Shown: positions 13,343 through 26,351 of the stretch, in pieces | Layout of the letters: the number at the start of each line of letters is the position of its first letter | Position numbering within the stretch: position 1 is the stretch's first letter | Made by a program: the position numbers and the translations under genes | The notes under the pieces: generated by a model | The model's input: the letters and a program-made list of their open reading frames with translations, nothing else | Told to the model about the DNA's origin: nothing | Databases searched by the model: none | Source of the DNA: Macrostomum lignano | Taxonomy: Eukaryota | DNA length: 64,000 nt | Assembly (NCBI GenBank): GCA_002269645.1 | Contig: NIVC01001221.1 | Coordinates: 124,001 to 188,000, forward strand | Reading direction: 5' to 3'

Positions 13343-15470
13343 TTAAACAGTTCCGTAGATCTTTTTCTCGAGTTCAAAGTCCGACTCTGTCTCCGATTTC
13401 ACTTCGACTCCAGCAAGCGGCTCAATCTCCGTGTCGGTTTTGATAATGTCAAACCAGCGCACAAAATCGGCACCCAGACACTCCTTGAACCAGGTGTCAG
13501 CCTTGAACGCTTCCAGGGCTTCGGGGAAGCTATGCGGCAGGTCTTTAGTAGTATCCACCTGGTCAAGCCGGAGATCGCGCTGGATTCCATCCAGTCCAGC
13601 GAAGAGAGTCGCCGCCAGAGCCAGGTAAGGATTGCAGGCGCTGCTCACGATGCGACTCTCGACGCGGCTGGTCTCCTTGCGCTGCGTCTGCAGCCGGAAC
13701 GTCGTCATTCTGTTGTCAACGCCGTAGTCGCACTTGGTTGGCGCCCAAGGCGTGTGCAGCCGTCGGTAACAGTTCACCGTTGGCGAGCTGACCGCAGTCA
13801 GTGCTCGGGCGTGGTGAAGCAGCCCAGACAGGAACTGCTCACCTGTTGTGCTCAACTGCTTGCTGCTACTGTCGGCCGCGTGAAAAATGTTTGTTAAGCG
13901 ATTCCCGCTGGTCCACAGCGACAAGTTCAAGTGCCAGCCGTTGCCCGTCTGTCCAGGCAGACGCTTCGTCATGAATGAGGCCTCAAAGTCATGTCGACGC
14001 GCTGTCTCCTTGGCAATCAGCTTGAATCGGAAGCCTTCATCGACAGACTCGATGCCCCACTGAGGCAGCAGGTTAACCTCAACCTGACCGGAGCCGTACT
14101 CGCTGTGCATGACCTCCACGTGTAGTCCCGCTGCGCTACAGCTACGCTCCAGATCGGTGAGGAACGGCTCGACTTCGCTGAACACGAAGGCGTTGCCGTA
14201 CTGCACCGGCTGCCAAGCCGGCTGACCGTCCTTCAGCTTGAAGAGTCGAAACTCGATCTCGTAGGTGGCGAGAACTTCCAATCCGATGTTGTTCATTTGT
14301 TCGATGGCTTGCTTGCAGATGTACCGCGTGTCGGTCGGGTATGGTTCCCCAGTGCCTGCTACGAACATGTTGCAAAGCACCTGTTGGAAAATTTAGCACG
14401 GAGTTATTTTATGAATCAGATATCATGTTAAACTTAAAATGAAATTAATCTTTTATTTGTTTAATAATCTTTTTTATTAGTTTCTTTGTCCAACAGCACA
14501 CAATAAAAGGTCCAGTTCCGCGATCCGCACATGCACGCGGATTAAACAGTTCCATAGATTCCTTAAATTCCGAGTTGATGAGACAAATCACAAGGAGAGA
14601 GTGCCTTAATGTTGTCAACACACAATGCAAATTCAGCAGTGGTGACACCAATGCTTTGTCCCCCACCCCACCTTGTGAACCGCTATGGAAATCAATACTT
14701 TTGCTTTAGGGTGCCAACATTTAACGCTTTCGGCGCCAAAATGAGTTCCTGCCTGAGGCGCCAAAACTGAGTAGCCACCAACAAGACACGGGCCTACCTG
14801 AACAAGTGGCGCCACCAACAAGCCACGGGCCTACCTGAACAAGTGGCGCCACCAACAAGACACGGGCCTACCTGAACAAGTGGCGCCACCAACAAGACAC
14901 GGGCCTACCTGAACAAGTGGCGCCACCAACAAGACACGGGCCTACCTGAACAAGTGGCGCCACCAACAAGACACGGGCCTACCTGAACAAGTGGCGCCAC
15001 CAACAAGACACGGGCCTACCTGAACAAGTGGCGCCACCAACAAGACACGGGCCTACCTGAACAAGTGGCGCCACCAACAAGACACGGGCCCACCTGAACA
15101 AGTAGCGCCACTAAGACATGGGCCTACCTAAACAAGTGTAGTGGAGAGCATATGGAGAGAGTACTGTATATATTCAGTTATCAAATGAAGCAGGTATACT
15201 CACATCGCCGTACTGGGCCCCCGATTGAGCCGTGTAAGTTCGCAGCGTGCTCCAGTCGGCCTTGACGATGGCGTTGCCGCAGCCGGAGTCGGCAAGCATC
15301 CGCGTCACTGCGGTACCCTGACAGGCCATGCCCAGCATGCCCTGGAACATGGCTAGGCCGTGCTGTTCGAACGCTTTAAACGCTCGCGGCGTCAGAATCT
15401 TCGACCGTGCGCAGCCGTTGATGTCGGGAAAGAGCAGCCTCAGGTACTCGACTCCGTTAAGTTGATTCAT
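13343..15470 (-). CDS. Glutamine synthetase type I-like / lengsin-family protein, 434 aa, 2 exons (15470-15204, 14380-13343)
   Basis: Phase-0 intron with donor gtgagt and acceptor ttccaacag. GS catalytic-domain motifs: YEIEF, HSEYGSGQVEVN, FMTK...GNGWHLNLSL, NCYRRL, YGVDNR, RVESR...NPYLALAA. The N-terminal beta-grasp segment is LFPDINGCARSK. Confidence 0.92.
14775..15135. repeat. 37-bp minisatellite in the GS-like intron (ccaccaacaagacacgggcctacctgaacaagtggcg)
   Basis: About 9.5 units with period 37 (starts at 14775 and 14812). Confidence 0.95.
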
Positions 15471-16437
15471 GCTTTTGTTCTTGCTTAGATTTTGCAGTTT
15501 GTGAATACTTGGGTCTCGCGGTTACCGAATCCAACTGGTTCGCGCTGTTCTGCCTCTTGTGCTTGACTGGCACTAGATTATTTTATTTATGCTGGCTTGT
15601 GTGCACACAAATACAACCATTTCTTCCAGTGCTAGCTAATCTCTGCTCTACACACGTATGCTCAATTGTACACCGTGTACTCGGCCTACACGCATTTATA
15701 TGAGACTTCTACGCGCAACCAGAATTTTTACGAGCGTACGATGCAATCTACAGTGAATCGAGGCATGCAGTGAGCTTCTCAGCTTTATGAATGAGCATGC
15801 CGCGCATTTCAGGCCAAATTGAAGCAAGCTGTTATCTTAAGTGTACGTTTTATTCGTAGTGGTCATAATAAAAAGCGGCCGGTCGATAGACCAACTGCCT
15901 TGCAAATCAAATTTCAAATGGGTTTGAACTAACCTTATATTTATTTACGAAATCAGAACACAGATTGGCTCTCCTGAAACAAAGATTCGTGGACCTGACA
16001 CACAGCTTGGCTCTCCTGACACACAGCTTGGTTCTACTGACACACAGCTGGGGAGAGCTGACACAACTTTAAGGATCTGACACATAGCTTTGCGAACCTG
16101 ACACACGTTTTGGCAAAAATATTGATGCCTCTGTCCCGTGATAAATTAATTTATACTTGAAAATTCTGAATACATTGCGCATTTTATCTATTGAATAAAT
16201 TCAATCTACAATTCGCTGTTTGCAAAACATTTAAGAATCAATATAGCAAAATACATGTGAAAGAACAAAGAGCAGTAGTAAAACAAGAACACGAGAGTAG
16301 TACATCATAAAATTCTATGCTAAAGCTTAAAAAATGATTTCGTAAAATAGAACGTTTTGTGCCATGTCTCTTGTTCATCATACACCTGAATAACCAGTGT
16401 TTACCTCATCTCAAATTCTCCCTGTCTCACCATTAGT

Positions 16438-17511
16438 TTATTCATCCCAATCGTAGCTCTGCACGGCCGTGAAGCTGGTGTCTCTATCGATCGCTACCAT
16501 TTGCATTGCCCATTCTGGACTGGTCTGAAAATTGAACTCTTCACAAAATGTCGATTTGCCGTCGTTAATACTGCAGCTGCCAAAGGATGAGCCCGCTGCA
16601 GGTCTGCTCGTGTGCACCCGAAATTTTGTTGGCTGACGGTATTTTGTAAGCAAGACGACAATAACTACTAATAGAATGGCGATGATGGCTGAACTTACTG
16701 ACACCGCGATTTTGCTTGGCAGATTGAAAGTGACGTCACATCTTGCTTGGCATTGTTCTGGCGTTAGCAAGCTCTGTGGTGTGGGGACCAAAGACTCGGT
16801 TGTTGAAGTAGGTTCCGCAGTCCGAGGATCCGTGGATGAGGTTACGGCAGCAAAAGTTGTTTGAGCTGTTGACATTTTTGTGCTAGATGACTCTGTAGCT
16901 GAAGTCTCCAATTCCGGTGATGATACTGCTGTGGTAGATGTGCTCAAAGGTTCTGAATTAGTTATGGTAGATTTGACAGTGCTCAAAGTTTCTGCACCAG
17001 TTGATGGTTCAATTTTTGTGGTAGATTTGACAGTGCTCAAAGTTTCTGCATCAGTTGATGGTGCAACTGTTGTGGTAGATTTGACAGTGCTCAAAGTTTC
17101 TGCATCAGTTGATGGTGCAACTGTTGTGGTAGATTTGACAGTGCTTGGAGTTCCTGATTCGTCGGGTGCCTCCGTTGTGGTAGCTTCCGTTACTGAAATC
17201 TTTGGTGCTGTCGATGGTGATAATGCGGCAGATCCTCTGCTTGTTGAAAAATCTGAGTTCGTTTGTAAAATAGTGGTCGTCGGACCTTCGGCGGAGGTGT
17301 CATCTTCATCGGATGACAAGGAAGTTATCGGCGGTTCTGAGTAGAAATCTGTCTCTGAGTCTGAGATAGACGGGGTAGCAACACCTTGAGCAGCAGCACT
17401 TCTGGCAGCTTGATCGTCGGTCTTATCCAACAAAGTCGAGCCTTGTGCAGTGTGGATCACAGCCAAACAACAGTTTAGGAGCACAACTTTGACCAGTAGG
17501 CACCTTTGCAT
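16438..17511 (-). CDS. Single-exon type I membrane mucin-like protein (~357 aa from the ATG at 17511)
   Basis: Signal-peptide-like MQRCLLVKVVLLNCCLAVIHTAQG, S/T/P/E-rich ectodomain with 18-aa repeats (TVKSTTTVAPSTDAETLS), hydrophobic TM IAVSVSSAIIAILLVVIVVLL followed by basic KYR, then a short tail. Confidence 0.8.
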   Translation of the reverse strand: MQRCLLVKVVLLNCCLAVIHTAQGSTLLDKTDDQAARSAAAQGVATPSISDSETDFYSEPPITSLSSDEDDTSAEGPTTTILQTNSDFSTSRGSAALSPSTAPKISVTEATTTEAPDESGTPSTVKSTTTVAPSTDAETLSTVKSTTTVAPSTDAETLSTVKSTTKIEPSTGAETLSTVKSTITNSEPLSTSTTAVSSPELETSATESSSTKMSTAQTTFAAVTSSTDPRTAEPTSTTESLVPTPQSLLTPEQCQARCDVTFNLPSKIAVSVSSAIIAILLVVIVVLLTKYRQPTKFRVHTSRPAAGSSFGSCSINDGKSTFCEEFNFQTSPEWAMQMVAIDRDTSFTAVQSYDWDE

Positions 17512-19584
17512 CTTGACCAACTTGAAATTATAATTCTTGTCGATTAGCAATAGCCAGCCAAGGCGAAAGTGAAAGCATCTGTTCTGGGCCATTGATATTA
17601 TATCATTATACAACGCATGCGCCCATGCTAAAATAGGCATGATCACTCTTCAAATCTTACAAAAAATTAGCTACAAAAACAGGCCGAGCTGTATGTACCG
17701 AGAGGTGAAGTTCGATCTTATCAACAGCAAAAAACATTGCCGTTCGTTTAATTCGGTGTCTGCTGCAGTCTTCGATAATGACTGCATCACTTAATAAAGC
17801 CAGTTTTAGGGCGTAGCCAGGGTTTTCTATTATCAGGTAGAATACTCATACAGAGACAGGAATGCATTACCAATGATGAGCCAATTATGGAAAGGATTAT
17901 TGTAATTCTTTTAGAGGGGTCATTTGAACAATAGCGGCCAACAGGAACTTTGCCCAGTTAATAGTACATCCGACTTCGAACGTTTTATTCGCTAGCTAAA
18001 CCTTGAGGAATTTCACCTCAGCTGCTTCGGGTACTGCAGTATATACTAAGGTCAGGGCTAGATTGCTGCTAAATATAGGGGTTAGGCTGTACTTTTTTAC
18101 AGATGGGAAGTAATTCACCTTTTCCGGTCTGAGGCAGGATGCATGCACTTCCAGTCACTTTGCCAATTCATCTCTCTCTCTCTCTCTCTCTCTGTGTGGG
18201 GGCCTGTGAAAACGCAGAAAGTCGAACATTATGGGAGGCTGCGGCGGCCGAAAAGTGCAGCGCCATGAAGCATGCAACCTGAGCGCAGCGCCATCACGTG
18301 CATTTGACGAACTTCTATCGTAACTATGGGTAGACGGGTTGGAACGCTGCAGTTAGTGGTCGGTACCTGTGTAAGGGAAGATAAAGTGGCGCATCAGCTA
18401 TAAAAAGTACATTGAATTGCACACGTATACGCCCTTCCTTTCGATGCATGGCAACTCCTATAGTGGGTTGGTTTCTATGGGAAGCTCATCGTCTGGAATG
18501 ATGACGACTGCAGGGCTGATGTACGTCATGACTGGGGGGTTTCTATGGGGTTATAGGATGTCTTCGCGTGAATTGTAACGACTTAAAATTTTAATGCTTA
18601 AAATACTTTTGATTTTATAGTTTCCGCAGTATTTGGTTTCATTAGTATGTACATTAGGATGTTAAGCCCTGAAGACATGCATGTATACTGTACATGTGGG
18701 ACACGCCAATGAAGAGGCAACGCAGGGGGACAGGGGTAGGTAGGGGTTCATCTCAAGAGACAGTTGAGGCCACCGCACGACACCAAACATTGTTTGTGGT
18801 CCGCTCCATTTAAAATACTTGCGTGCGCGGTACGCCACTCTGCTAACCAATATACTCGTAATGCAAAATTGACTCTAACACCTGCGTCCCGCTTCCACCT
18901 TACAATGTTGTTAAATAAGTATAACAAATAAAGGAGTCTAAACTTGTCTTCTATAATCTAAAATCCCGAATTCAGAGCCTATAAATATTCCAGGGGCGCC
19001 GAAAGCATTGATTATGGGCATCGAAATAGTGTCTTTAATTTTTTACTGCTTCCCACGGTGAAACGATTTTGCAACATTTTCCAAGCGATGTATGCACAAA
19101 GTAGTTCTATTTGGTGTCAATTTCTTTGCGCAATAAGCAGGACAACTTTGCCAGTAAAAGAAGTTACAATACTTCGTCCTTGGTAAAGTGTTTTCGCCGC
19201 ATAGACAGATACAGGCGCTCAAATTTATATATAAACGGAGCTCTACATGCAAAAAAACATGCAGGCAGTACATGTATGTGTACAACTGAAGCAACTTTGA
19301 ATTTGAATGAATTCTTTTTTAGTCTCAGAAGAAACCTTCCTTGATCGTGCTATAAATATTTTATCGGCCTGATTTATCCTGAAATTTCTGCTGTGCAATT
19401 TGGACAGCACACGCGATTGCCTTGTCGAAAAGGGCGTCGCCACTGCGGGGGGGGACAGGGGGGACATGTCCCTCCAGTAAAAGCTATATGGGAGAGACAT
19501 GCCAATGCTTTGTACCCCCCACCCCACCTTTTGTTGATCTGTTATAGAAGTCAATAATTTTGCTTCAGGCCAACAAAACATAGC

Positions 19585-19870
19585 GCCTGCGGTGTCAAAA
19601 TGGTGTCTGCGGCGCTAAGTGGTACTTTCGGCGCTAAAGGGTACCCGCATGCGGCGCTAAAATGGTTCCAGCGGCGCTAAAATAGTACTTGAGGCGCTAA
19701 ATTGATGAATGTGGCGCCAAAATGGTGTCTGCGGCGCTAAGTGGTGCCTGCGGCGCTACAGTGGTGACTGCGGCGCTAAAATTGTACTTGCGGCGCGCTG
19801 CAGTGGCGCTAAATTGGTGCCTGTGGCGCGCGCTAATAGATGTAGTAGTAGTGCCTGCGGCACTAAAATG
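19585..19870. repeat. Degenerate ~20-bp repeat with a gcggcgctaa core
   Basis: About 12 recurrences of (t)gcggcgctaa(a). Confidence 0.7.
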
Positions 19871-22784
19871 AGTTTAAAAAACTCTGTATTTGGCAGCCCG
19901 AATTGCAGATGAATCTTACAAAAAATGAATTTATCCATACAGACACAAATTTTCGTTCAGAAGCATCGCATGAAGATGCAGGTATTAGAACTTTTGCCGC
20001 GCTAAAAAATGGGGCTAAAAAAATATTCGAACTACATGTACATGCCATCGTGTAAGGGAGAATTATTAACTGTCGAATTTTTAAGATTCGTTTAGAATGT
20101 TAGCAAAAGGTTATACAGGACTTCTCATAGCACAAAAATTATGTGAAATTCCCTTTATTAGTATACCTGATGCAAACTGCACACTTTTAAGCCAACCAAT
20201 AGCAATCGGCCGGGATTTCTGATCGAAAGCTAGACAACCAATACAAAACCAGTATTCCAAAATCGGAAAGAAGAGAGCGGAAAAGGTTTCTTGAAAAGTG
20301 GAAGCATTTAAATGTGATTTTTGTAAGCGAAATAATCTGTAAGAGAGACATCTTCCTTTGTCTAATAACATTGACATATAAGTTTTTGCATCAAAATGTG
20401 TACTTACTTTGGAAAACAGATCAGGTGTTTTAGATAAATCGTAAGTTAACGACTGAAATTGGTGGGTTCAAAATAAAGACTTTTTGTTTTTTCAATAACT
20501 TGTCGAGTCGAGTCCTCGAACTTCGATCGATCGACCTGCCTGCTGCCTCTGGATTTGTAGCTTTTCTAGCTGCTTGTGTTTTCACTGTAGTTTTGTCACA
20601 AGTTAATATCGATATTGAAACTGATATTCTATGCTGTATTTTTAACAACTTTAGTTATACTTTAGTTTAAATGTAAGCCCATGGCCCATGGGCTGGGCAT
20701 GGATGGCATTACTCCAATACTCCATTAGCCACTACCACTTATTCGGCTTGCTTGCATAAGCCACCCATAAGCCTTAGCGTTTGGCCTAGATGTTTTTAAT
20801 CATCACATGCTGTAGTCAAAGAAAGATCTTTGAGTTAAACCTTTTGGCAATTAATTTAAAAAATATAACTAGGGCCTAGGGGGTTAGTTAGACTAGGCCC
20901 CTAAGACCTTAGATTGGACCTTGGTGGTGTGGTGTAATTCAAGCAAGTCAGTTGAGTTAATATCTTATAGGTGCCTAATTTGATATATTTTTATTTGGCT
21001 CTATCTAATAATGTTGCCATTTAGAAATTTTTTATTCACAATATTAACAATAATTCAATAAATAGGCCTCAGCAGTCAGGGCTAGGCTGAGCTGAGTCTT
21101 TAATTAAACCAAGGTAGGGTTTAGACATGTCACATATGACATAGTCTATATGCAATTATAATTATCATAAGATATAGATTCATATACAATCATTTTTTGT
21201 ATTGAATTGTTAAAAATCTTAAAAGTATAGTATAGGCTATTATTCATACTATTGGCAAGCTTCTATATTGTTTCACAATAGGCCTACAATATTATTTCCA
21301 AGTTTGAATTGGTGCTACAATATAATGCCTTTCAGCCTTTGATTTTCTAAATATTAGATAAAAATAGTTTATTAATAAATAAATAAAGCAATAGCTAAAG
21401 TGGTAGATAGAGCAAAAGATAGGCCTAGGGCAATAAAAGTAGCAATAGATGGACCAATAGATAAAGAAATAGATAGAGTGATAGACTGATAGACTAATAG
21501 GCCTAAATAGAGCAATAGATAAGAACTAAAGGCTAAAGCATTTTCTAATGCTATTTCCTATCCCTTTTGGCCATAGATATCATTTTCTACCATGGCACTA
21601 TATTGTAATACCAATTCAAACTTGAAAATACCTAGAAACAAATAGGAATATCATTAGGAATATCATAGTCACAAATAGTTAAGCCTATATAATTGCAATT
21701 CTTAACTTTTTTCAAGATCTTGAAAGTTTTGAAACCGAGATCAAAATTAAAAATAGTGCTAAGATCTTGACAATTAAGAATAAGATTGAGATCAAGGTCT
21801 TGTCCAACTCCTTACCAATAGATCAAATAAAAAGTCTATGTTTTAATATTGCAAGAATAATATTGATTGCATTCTAATTGTTTATCAGGCCTCTACTCCT
21901 TATAGATAGAAACACTAGGCCTATATTATGAACGTTTCAATAGATAAAAACATGATTATTAAGTTTCAATTTGAAAACAAGAACTTAAATTTGACATAGC
22001 ATCTATAGCTTTCATTCTATATAACAAATAATCTTATTGCTACAAGTGTGAATTAATATTTTTGTTAACAAATGCTTCTATGAAAGTATAACTATTAAGA
22101 CCATTATAGATAAAAGAAAAATTATATAGGTATTCATAAGGGTACTTCCATGAGAATAATGGTCATTTTTAGGGCACATTTTTTTTACTTCAAATTGCCA
22201 CATCTCTAAAAAAAAATTAGTTATAGATACCAACCTATGTCAATTTCAACTGCTTTAGTGATAATTATTGATTATAGTAAAGTAAAGGCCAACAAAGGAA
22301 AACTTAGTAATAGTCATTTGTGGTAGTTTTGCATGGAACACATTTTAGAAAAAAAAATTTCCTGCGAGTTTGATATTTTTGTTGCTTCAAAGGTTTTTTC
22401 TGAAAGATAACATGTAGGCTTGGTATACTAGTATGTTTAACTACAAAAAATATACTCTAAATGGATATAATTGTATAGAAATATACAAATAATGAAAATA
22501 TAAAATATTTTCTAAAAGAAAATTAAAAAATCTGTCTAACTATCTGCAAAAAAAATTTAGTCTTCTAGTTGACCTTATCATAAAATAACCCATAAGGTTT
22601 TTAGTATGTAAACCTATTTTATTACTTAATACATTGTTAACAATTGAATAATAATTATTGATTACACCTGCCCCAGTTAGCCTAGATATGCAACTGATAG
22701 CTTAACTGTAACTATTTTGTGTCATATCTGAAGGCTGCATATAGCTTTTCAGTCCAAGGACTGATTGCTATACACACCCTCAAT

Positions 22785-22910
22785 TATCCCAGTTAATGCT
22801 GGCACTATAATGCTGGCACTGCTAGCACAATGGGATTTTATAGCTGGGTGAACATAAGCAATGCAGAGTTGTATGTCAGGAATCAAACCCCAACCTTCAA
22901 GATATGAAGT
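22785..22910 (-). mobile_element. Decayed copy of the SINE seen at 60760-60944
   Basis: caattatcccagttaatgctggca and agctgggtgaac match 60778-60830. Confidence 0.5.
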
Positions 22911-23510
22911 AAGCTAATATATATGTATTAGTGTTTTGCCATAAGGAAGGTCCATGTACCATAGCCGTAGCAGTTAATACAAAATATATAAATATAATAT
23001 ATATATAAATATATATAATACAGTTTACTAAAAGTATGCTTGTTTTACTCTACCTGTTTCTAATATTTTTTAAATTTTTTAACATTAATAACTATGGCTA
23101 CAGGAATCTATGGACTGTGACAACAACAACCATATTTCTGTATTCGTAGCCATAAGAGCAGCTAGCTAATGTGGGTGTATCTGTAGCTGCCATAGGCACC
23201 TATTTTACCATATTTGCTGTAGGATCCCGTAGCCATAGCTACAGCTACAGCGGAACACTAATATATATATAAACAAATATTGAATTTATGCATGTGCACA
23301 CTGGTGCTCACCCGCTGCAGACTGCTGCTGTCTGTGCTCAAATAATTTGCAATACTGCTGCAATTGAAACACCGCTTGCCATCCTTTCAAATCTTGCCAG
23401 CAATTAATTGGTTTCCAACGCGACACTTTACTGCTTCTTTTTAAAAGGCAACTCATCGCTTCGCTGCTCCCCTCCCCCAGTCTGAGTTTCACATGCACCA
23501 AGCTCACAAG

Positions 23511-25732
23511 ATGGGCCAGCGTTTAGTCACAGGACTGCACTCTGGGCCACAGCAGCAGCAGCAGCAGCAACAGCAACAACAAAATGTTTTGCCGCATCAG
23601 CAAGTAGCAGACTTAGTCTATAATAGCAGTCAGCAGCAGCAGCAGCAGGCCCAGCTCCGTCACCAGCATCATCAGCTACTGATGCAGCACGTTTCCAATA
23701 GCAACAGCAACATCGGAGGCGGCTCCAACGTAAGCAGCGACGGCGGCAGCAGCAGCGCAGGCGGCTCCTCTGTGCTGCCATTCAACAATAATTCGCAGAA
23801 TCTGCTGAGTCCGGACTGTGAGAAACCGGCTAGACTGGACCTGCTGCTAGACATGCCGCAGTGCCCGCATCAGGTGGCAGTTGAGAACGCCTGGAATCCC
23901 AACGATCGTTCGTTGAACATCTTCGTCAAGGAGGACGACTGTCTTACTCTGCACCGTCAGCCGGTGGCGCAGAGCACCGACTGCATTCGGGGTGCCCGAG
24001 GCTACTCGCGCGGCCTGCACGTGTGGCAGATTCACTGGTCTCGCAAGCAGCGTGGCACACACGCTGTGGTTGGCGTGGCCACCGCTAACTGTCCTTTGCA
24101 TTGCGTCGGTTATCAGTCCCTGGTCGGATCCAATCCGGATTCCTGGGGCTGGGATCTGGGCCGAAATCGAGCCCTGCACGATGGTCGTAGGACTCCTTAT
24201 CCGGCTACGATGTGCGCACCTACTTGGAGTAGCGGCGCAGTCAGCTCTAGCGAGGAGAATTTCCCAGTGCCGGACAGCTTCCTGCTTGTGTTAGACATGG
24301 ATGAAGGCACGCTGAGCTTCGTTGTTGAAGGCCAGTTCATGGGTATCGCGTTTCGCGGATTGAAAGGCCGAGTGCTTTATCCCAGCGTTAGCGCCGTATG
24401 GGGCCACTGCGAGATAACGCTGCGTTATTTGAATGGATTAGAGCGTGAGTCTATGCTCTGTTCTAGGTGATCCTATGATCTCTCTTCATGATCCTATGAT
24501 CTATTCTTCATGATCCTATGATATATTCTTCATGATCCTATGATCTGTTCTTTATGATCCTATGATCTATTCTTCATGATCCTATGATATATTCTTCATG
24601 ATCCTATGATCTATTCTTCATGATCCTATGATATATTCTTCATGATCCTATGATCTATTCTTCATGATCCTATGATATATTCTTCATGATCCTATGATCT
24701 ATTCTTCATGATCCTATGATATATTCTTCATGATCCTATGATCTACTCTTTATGATCCTATGATCTATTCTTTATGATCCTATTATCTATTCTTCATGAT
24801 CCTATGATATATTCTTCATGATCCTATGATATATTCTTCATGATCCTATGATATATTCTTCATGATCCTATGATCTATTCTTCATGATCCTATGATCTAT
24901 TCTTCATGATCCTATGATCTATTCTTCATGATCCTATGATCTACTCTTTATGATCCTATGATCTATTCTTTATGATCCTATGATCTATTCTTTATGATCC
25001 TATGATCTATTCTTTATGATCCTATGATATATTCTTCATGATCCTATGATCTATTCTTCATGATCCTATGATCTACTCTTTATGATCCTATGATCTATTC
25101 TTCATGATCCTATGATCTATTCTTCATGATCCTATGATCTATTCTTCATGATCCTATGATATATTCTTCATGATCCTATGATCTACTCTTTATGATCCTA
25201 TGATCTATTCTTTATGATCCTATGATATATTCTTCATGATCCTATGATCTATTCTTCATGATCCTATGATCTATTCTTCATGATCCTATGATCTATTCTC
25301 CGTTCTCTCTCCTTTTCTATCACTTGAATCCCTAGGCTAAGTATCTACTCTCTCAGCAGTCTTATCTCTAGTCTAATCCAGCAAATAGACATGCTGAACT
25401 TCTCAGCTCCATGTGTATAACACAGTCTCCGTAAATGCCTCATCTTTAATATCCCCCTCCCTCGCCCTGCAGCGGAGCCGCTGCCTCTAATGGTGCTCTG
25501 CCGGTCCGTCATTCGCAAGCACTTCCAGCGTCGGGCAGCCGCCGCCGCCGCCGCCGCCGCTGCTGCAGCAAGTCGTCATGGCAACAGCGCCCCTAGCAAC
25601 GGCCCTAGCAACGCTGGTAGTACTCAAGCGCAGTTGCTACCAGAGATTAACAAGCTGCCGCTACCTAACAGCATCAAGGATTACCTGCTGTACCGCACCC
25701 CCTGCTCAGATGGGGCCGGCTCTATGCAATAA
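23511..25732 (+). CDS. SPSB: SPRY-domain SOCS-box protein (SPSB1/4, gustavus-like), 2 coding exons (23511-24444, 25473-25732), ~397 aa; an in-frame upstream ATG lies at 23493
   Basis: MGQ start; [99 protein letters not shown]. The splice gagc|gtgagt...ctgcag|cg gives [14 protein letters not shown], and the protein ends with [13 protein letters not shown] (SOCS box). Confidence 0.95.
24470..25300. repeat. 22-bp minisatellite (atgatcctatgatctattcttc) filling the SPSB intron
   Basis: About 37 units starting about 25 nt after the donor. Confidence 0.97.
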
Positions 25733-26351
25733 CAATTCTTCATAACTATTTATTATATGCTATAAATCAATTTGATTACTAATTCGCAGCTTATTTGATA
25801 ACTACTCAGTAAGAGACGGCCATCTGTTTGTGTGTGCATGTTTTTTTTAAAAGAAAAGTGATCTACAAGAAGAAGAACTTTGCAATTGTAATTAAGTATT
25901 GTTTCACCTATATAATGTCTCACATTAGACATTGCTTCTTGTTGTTCCTTGTTAACTCGGGCATCGATAATCTACTACTTTGCTTATGTTCGTCTACGTG
26001 TATTCTTTTCTTTGTTTTAATTTATTTTTAATTTTACTCGCGCATCCTACTGCAGCTACTGGGGCTAGTAGGCGAGTAACGAGTTTTATTCGATTTATTT
26101 GTTTTTTAGGAAGATAAAGACTTGACAAAAAAAGCTTCGTATAATGTGAAGTAAGTATTGCTATTGGTTCTATTGTCTGTACTTTTTTGCGAACAGTCTG
26201 TTTGTAAAACTTTCCTTTGTCCACCATCCCGTTTTTATCATATGCAATAAACTCATGCCATGTTTATTGAAGCTGTATGTTTTTAGCTTTCTAGTACCTA
26301 TGGAAAGTCCAAGTCGAGGAAAATTTTATAAGCACAGTTATAAGCATCCTT

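Noticed and set aside
14775-15135. 37-bp repeats that could suggest a CRISPR array
   Set aside because: The units are head-to-tail with no unique spacers, there are no cas genes, and the array lies in a spliceosomal intron. The same applies to all other arrays here.
17512-17646. 45-aa N-terminal extension of the mucin-like ORF
   Set aside because: The signal-peptide-like segment starts at the ATG at 17511, so the upstream part is probably UTR.
18490-18520. atgatga...ctga as a C/D snoRNA
   Set aside because: The boxes are under 20 nt apart and there is no terminal stem.
20100-22700. AT-rich region as a possible transposase remnant
   Set aside because: No ORF or motif that I can recognise and no paired termini identified.
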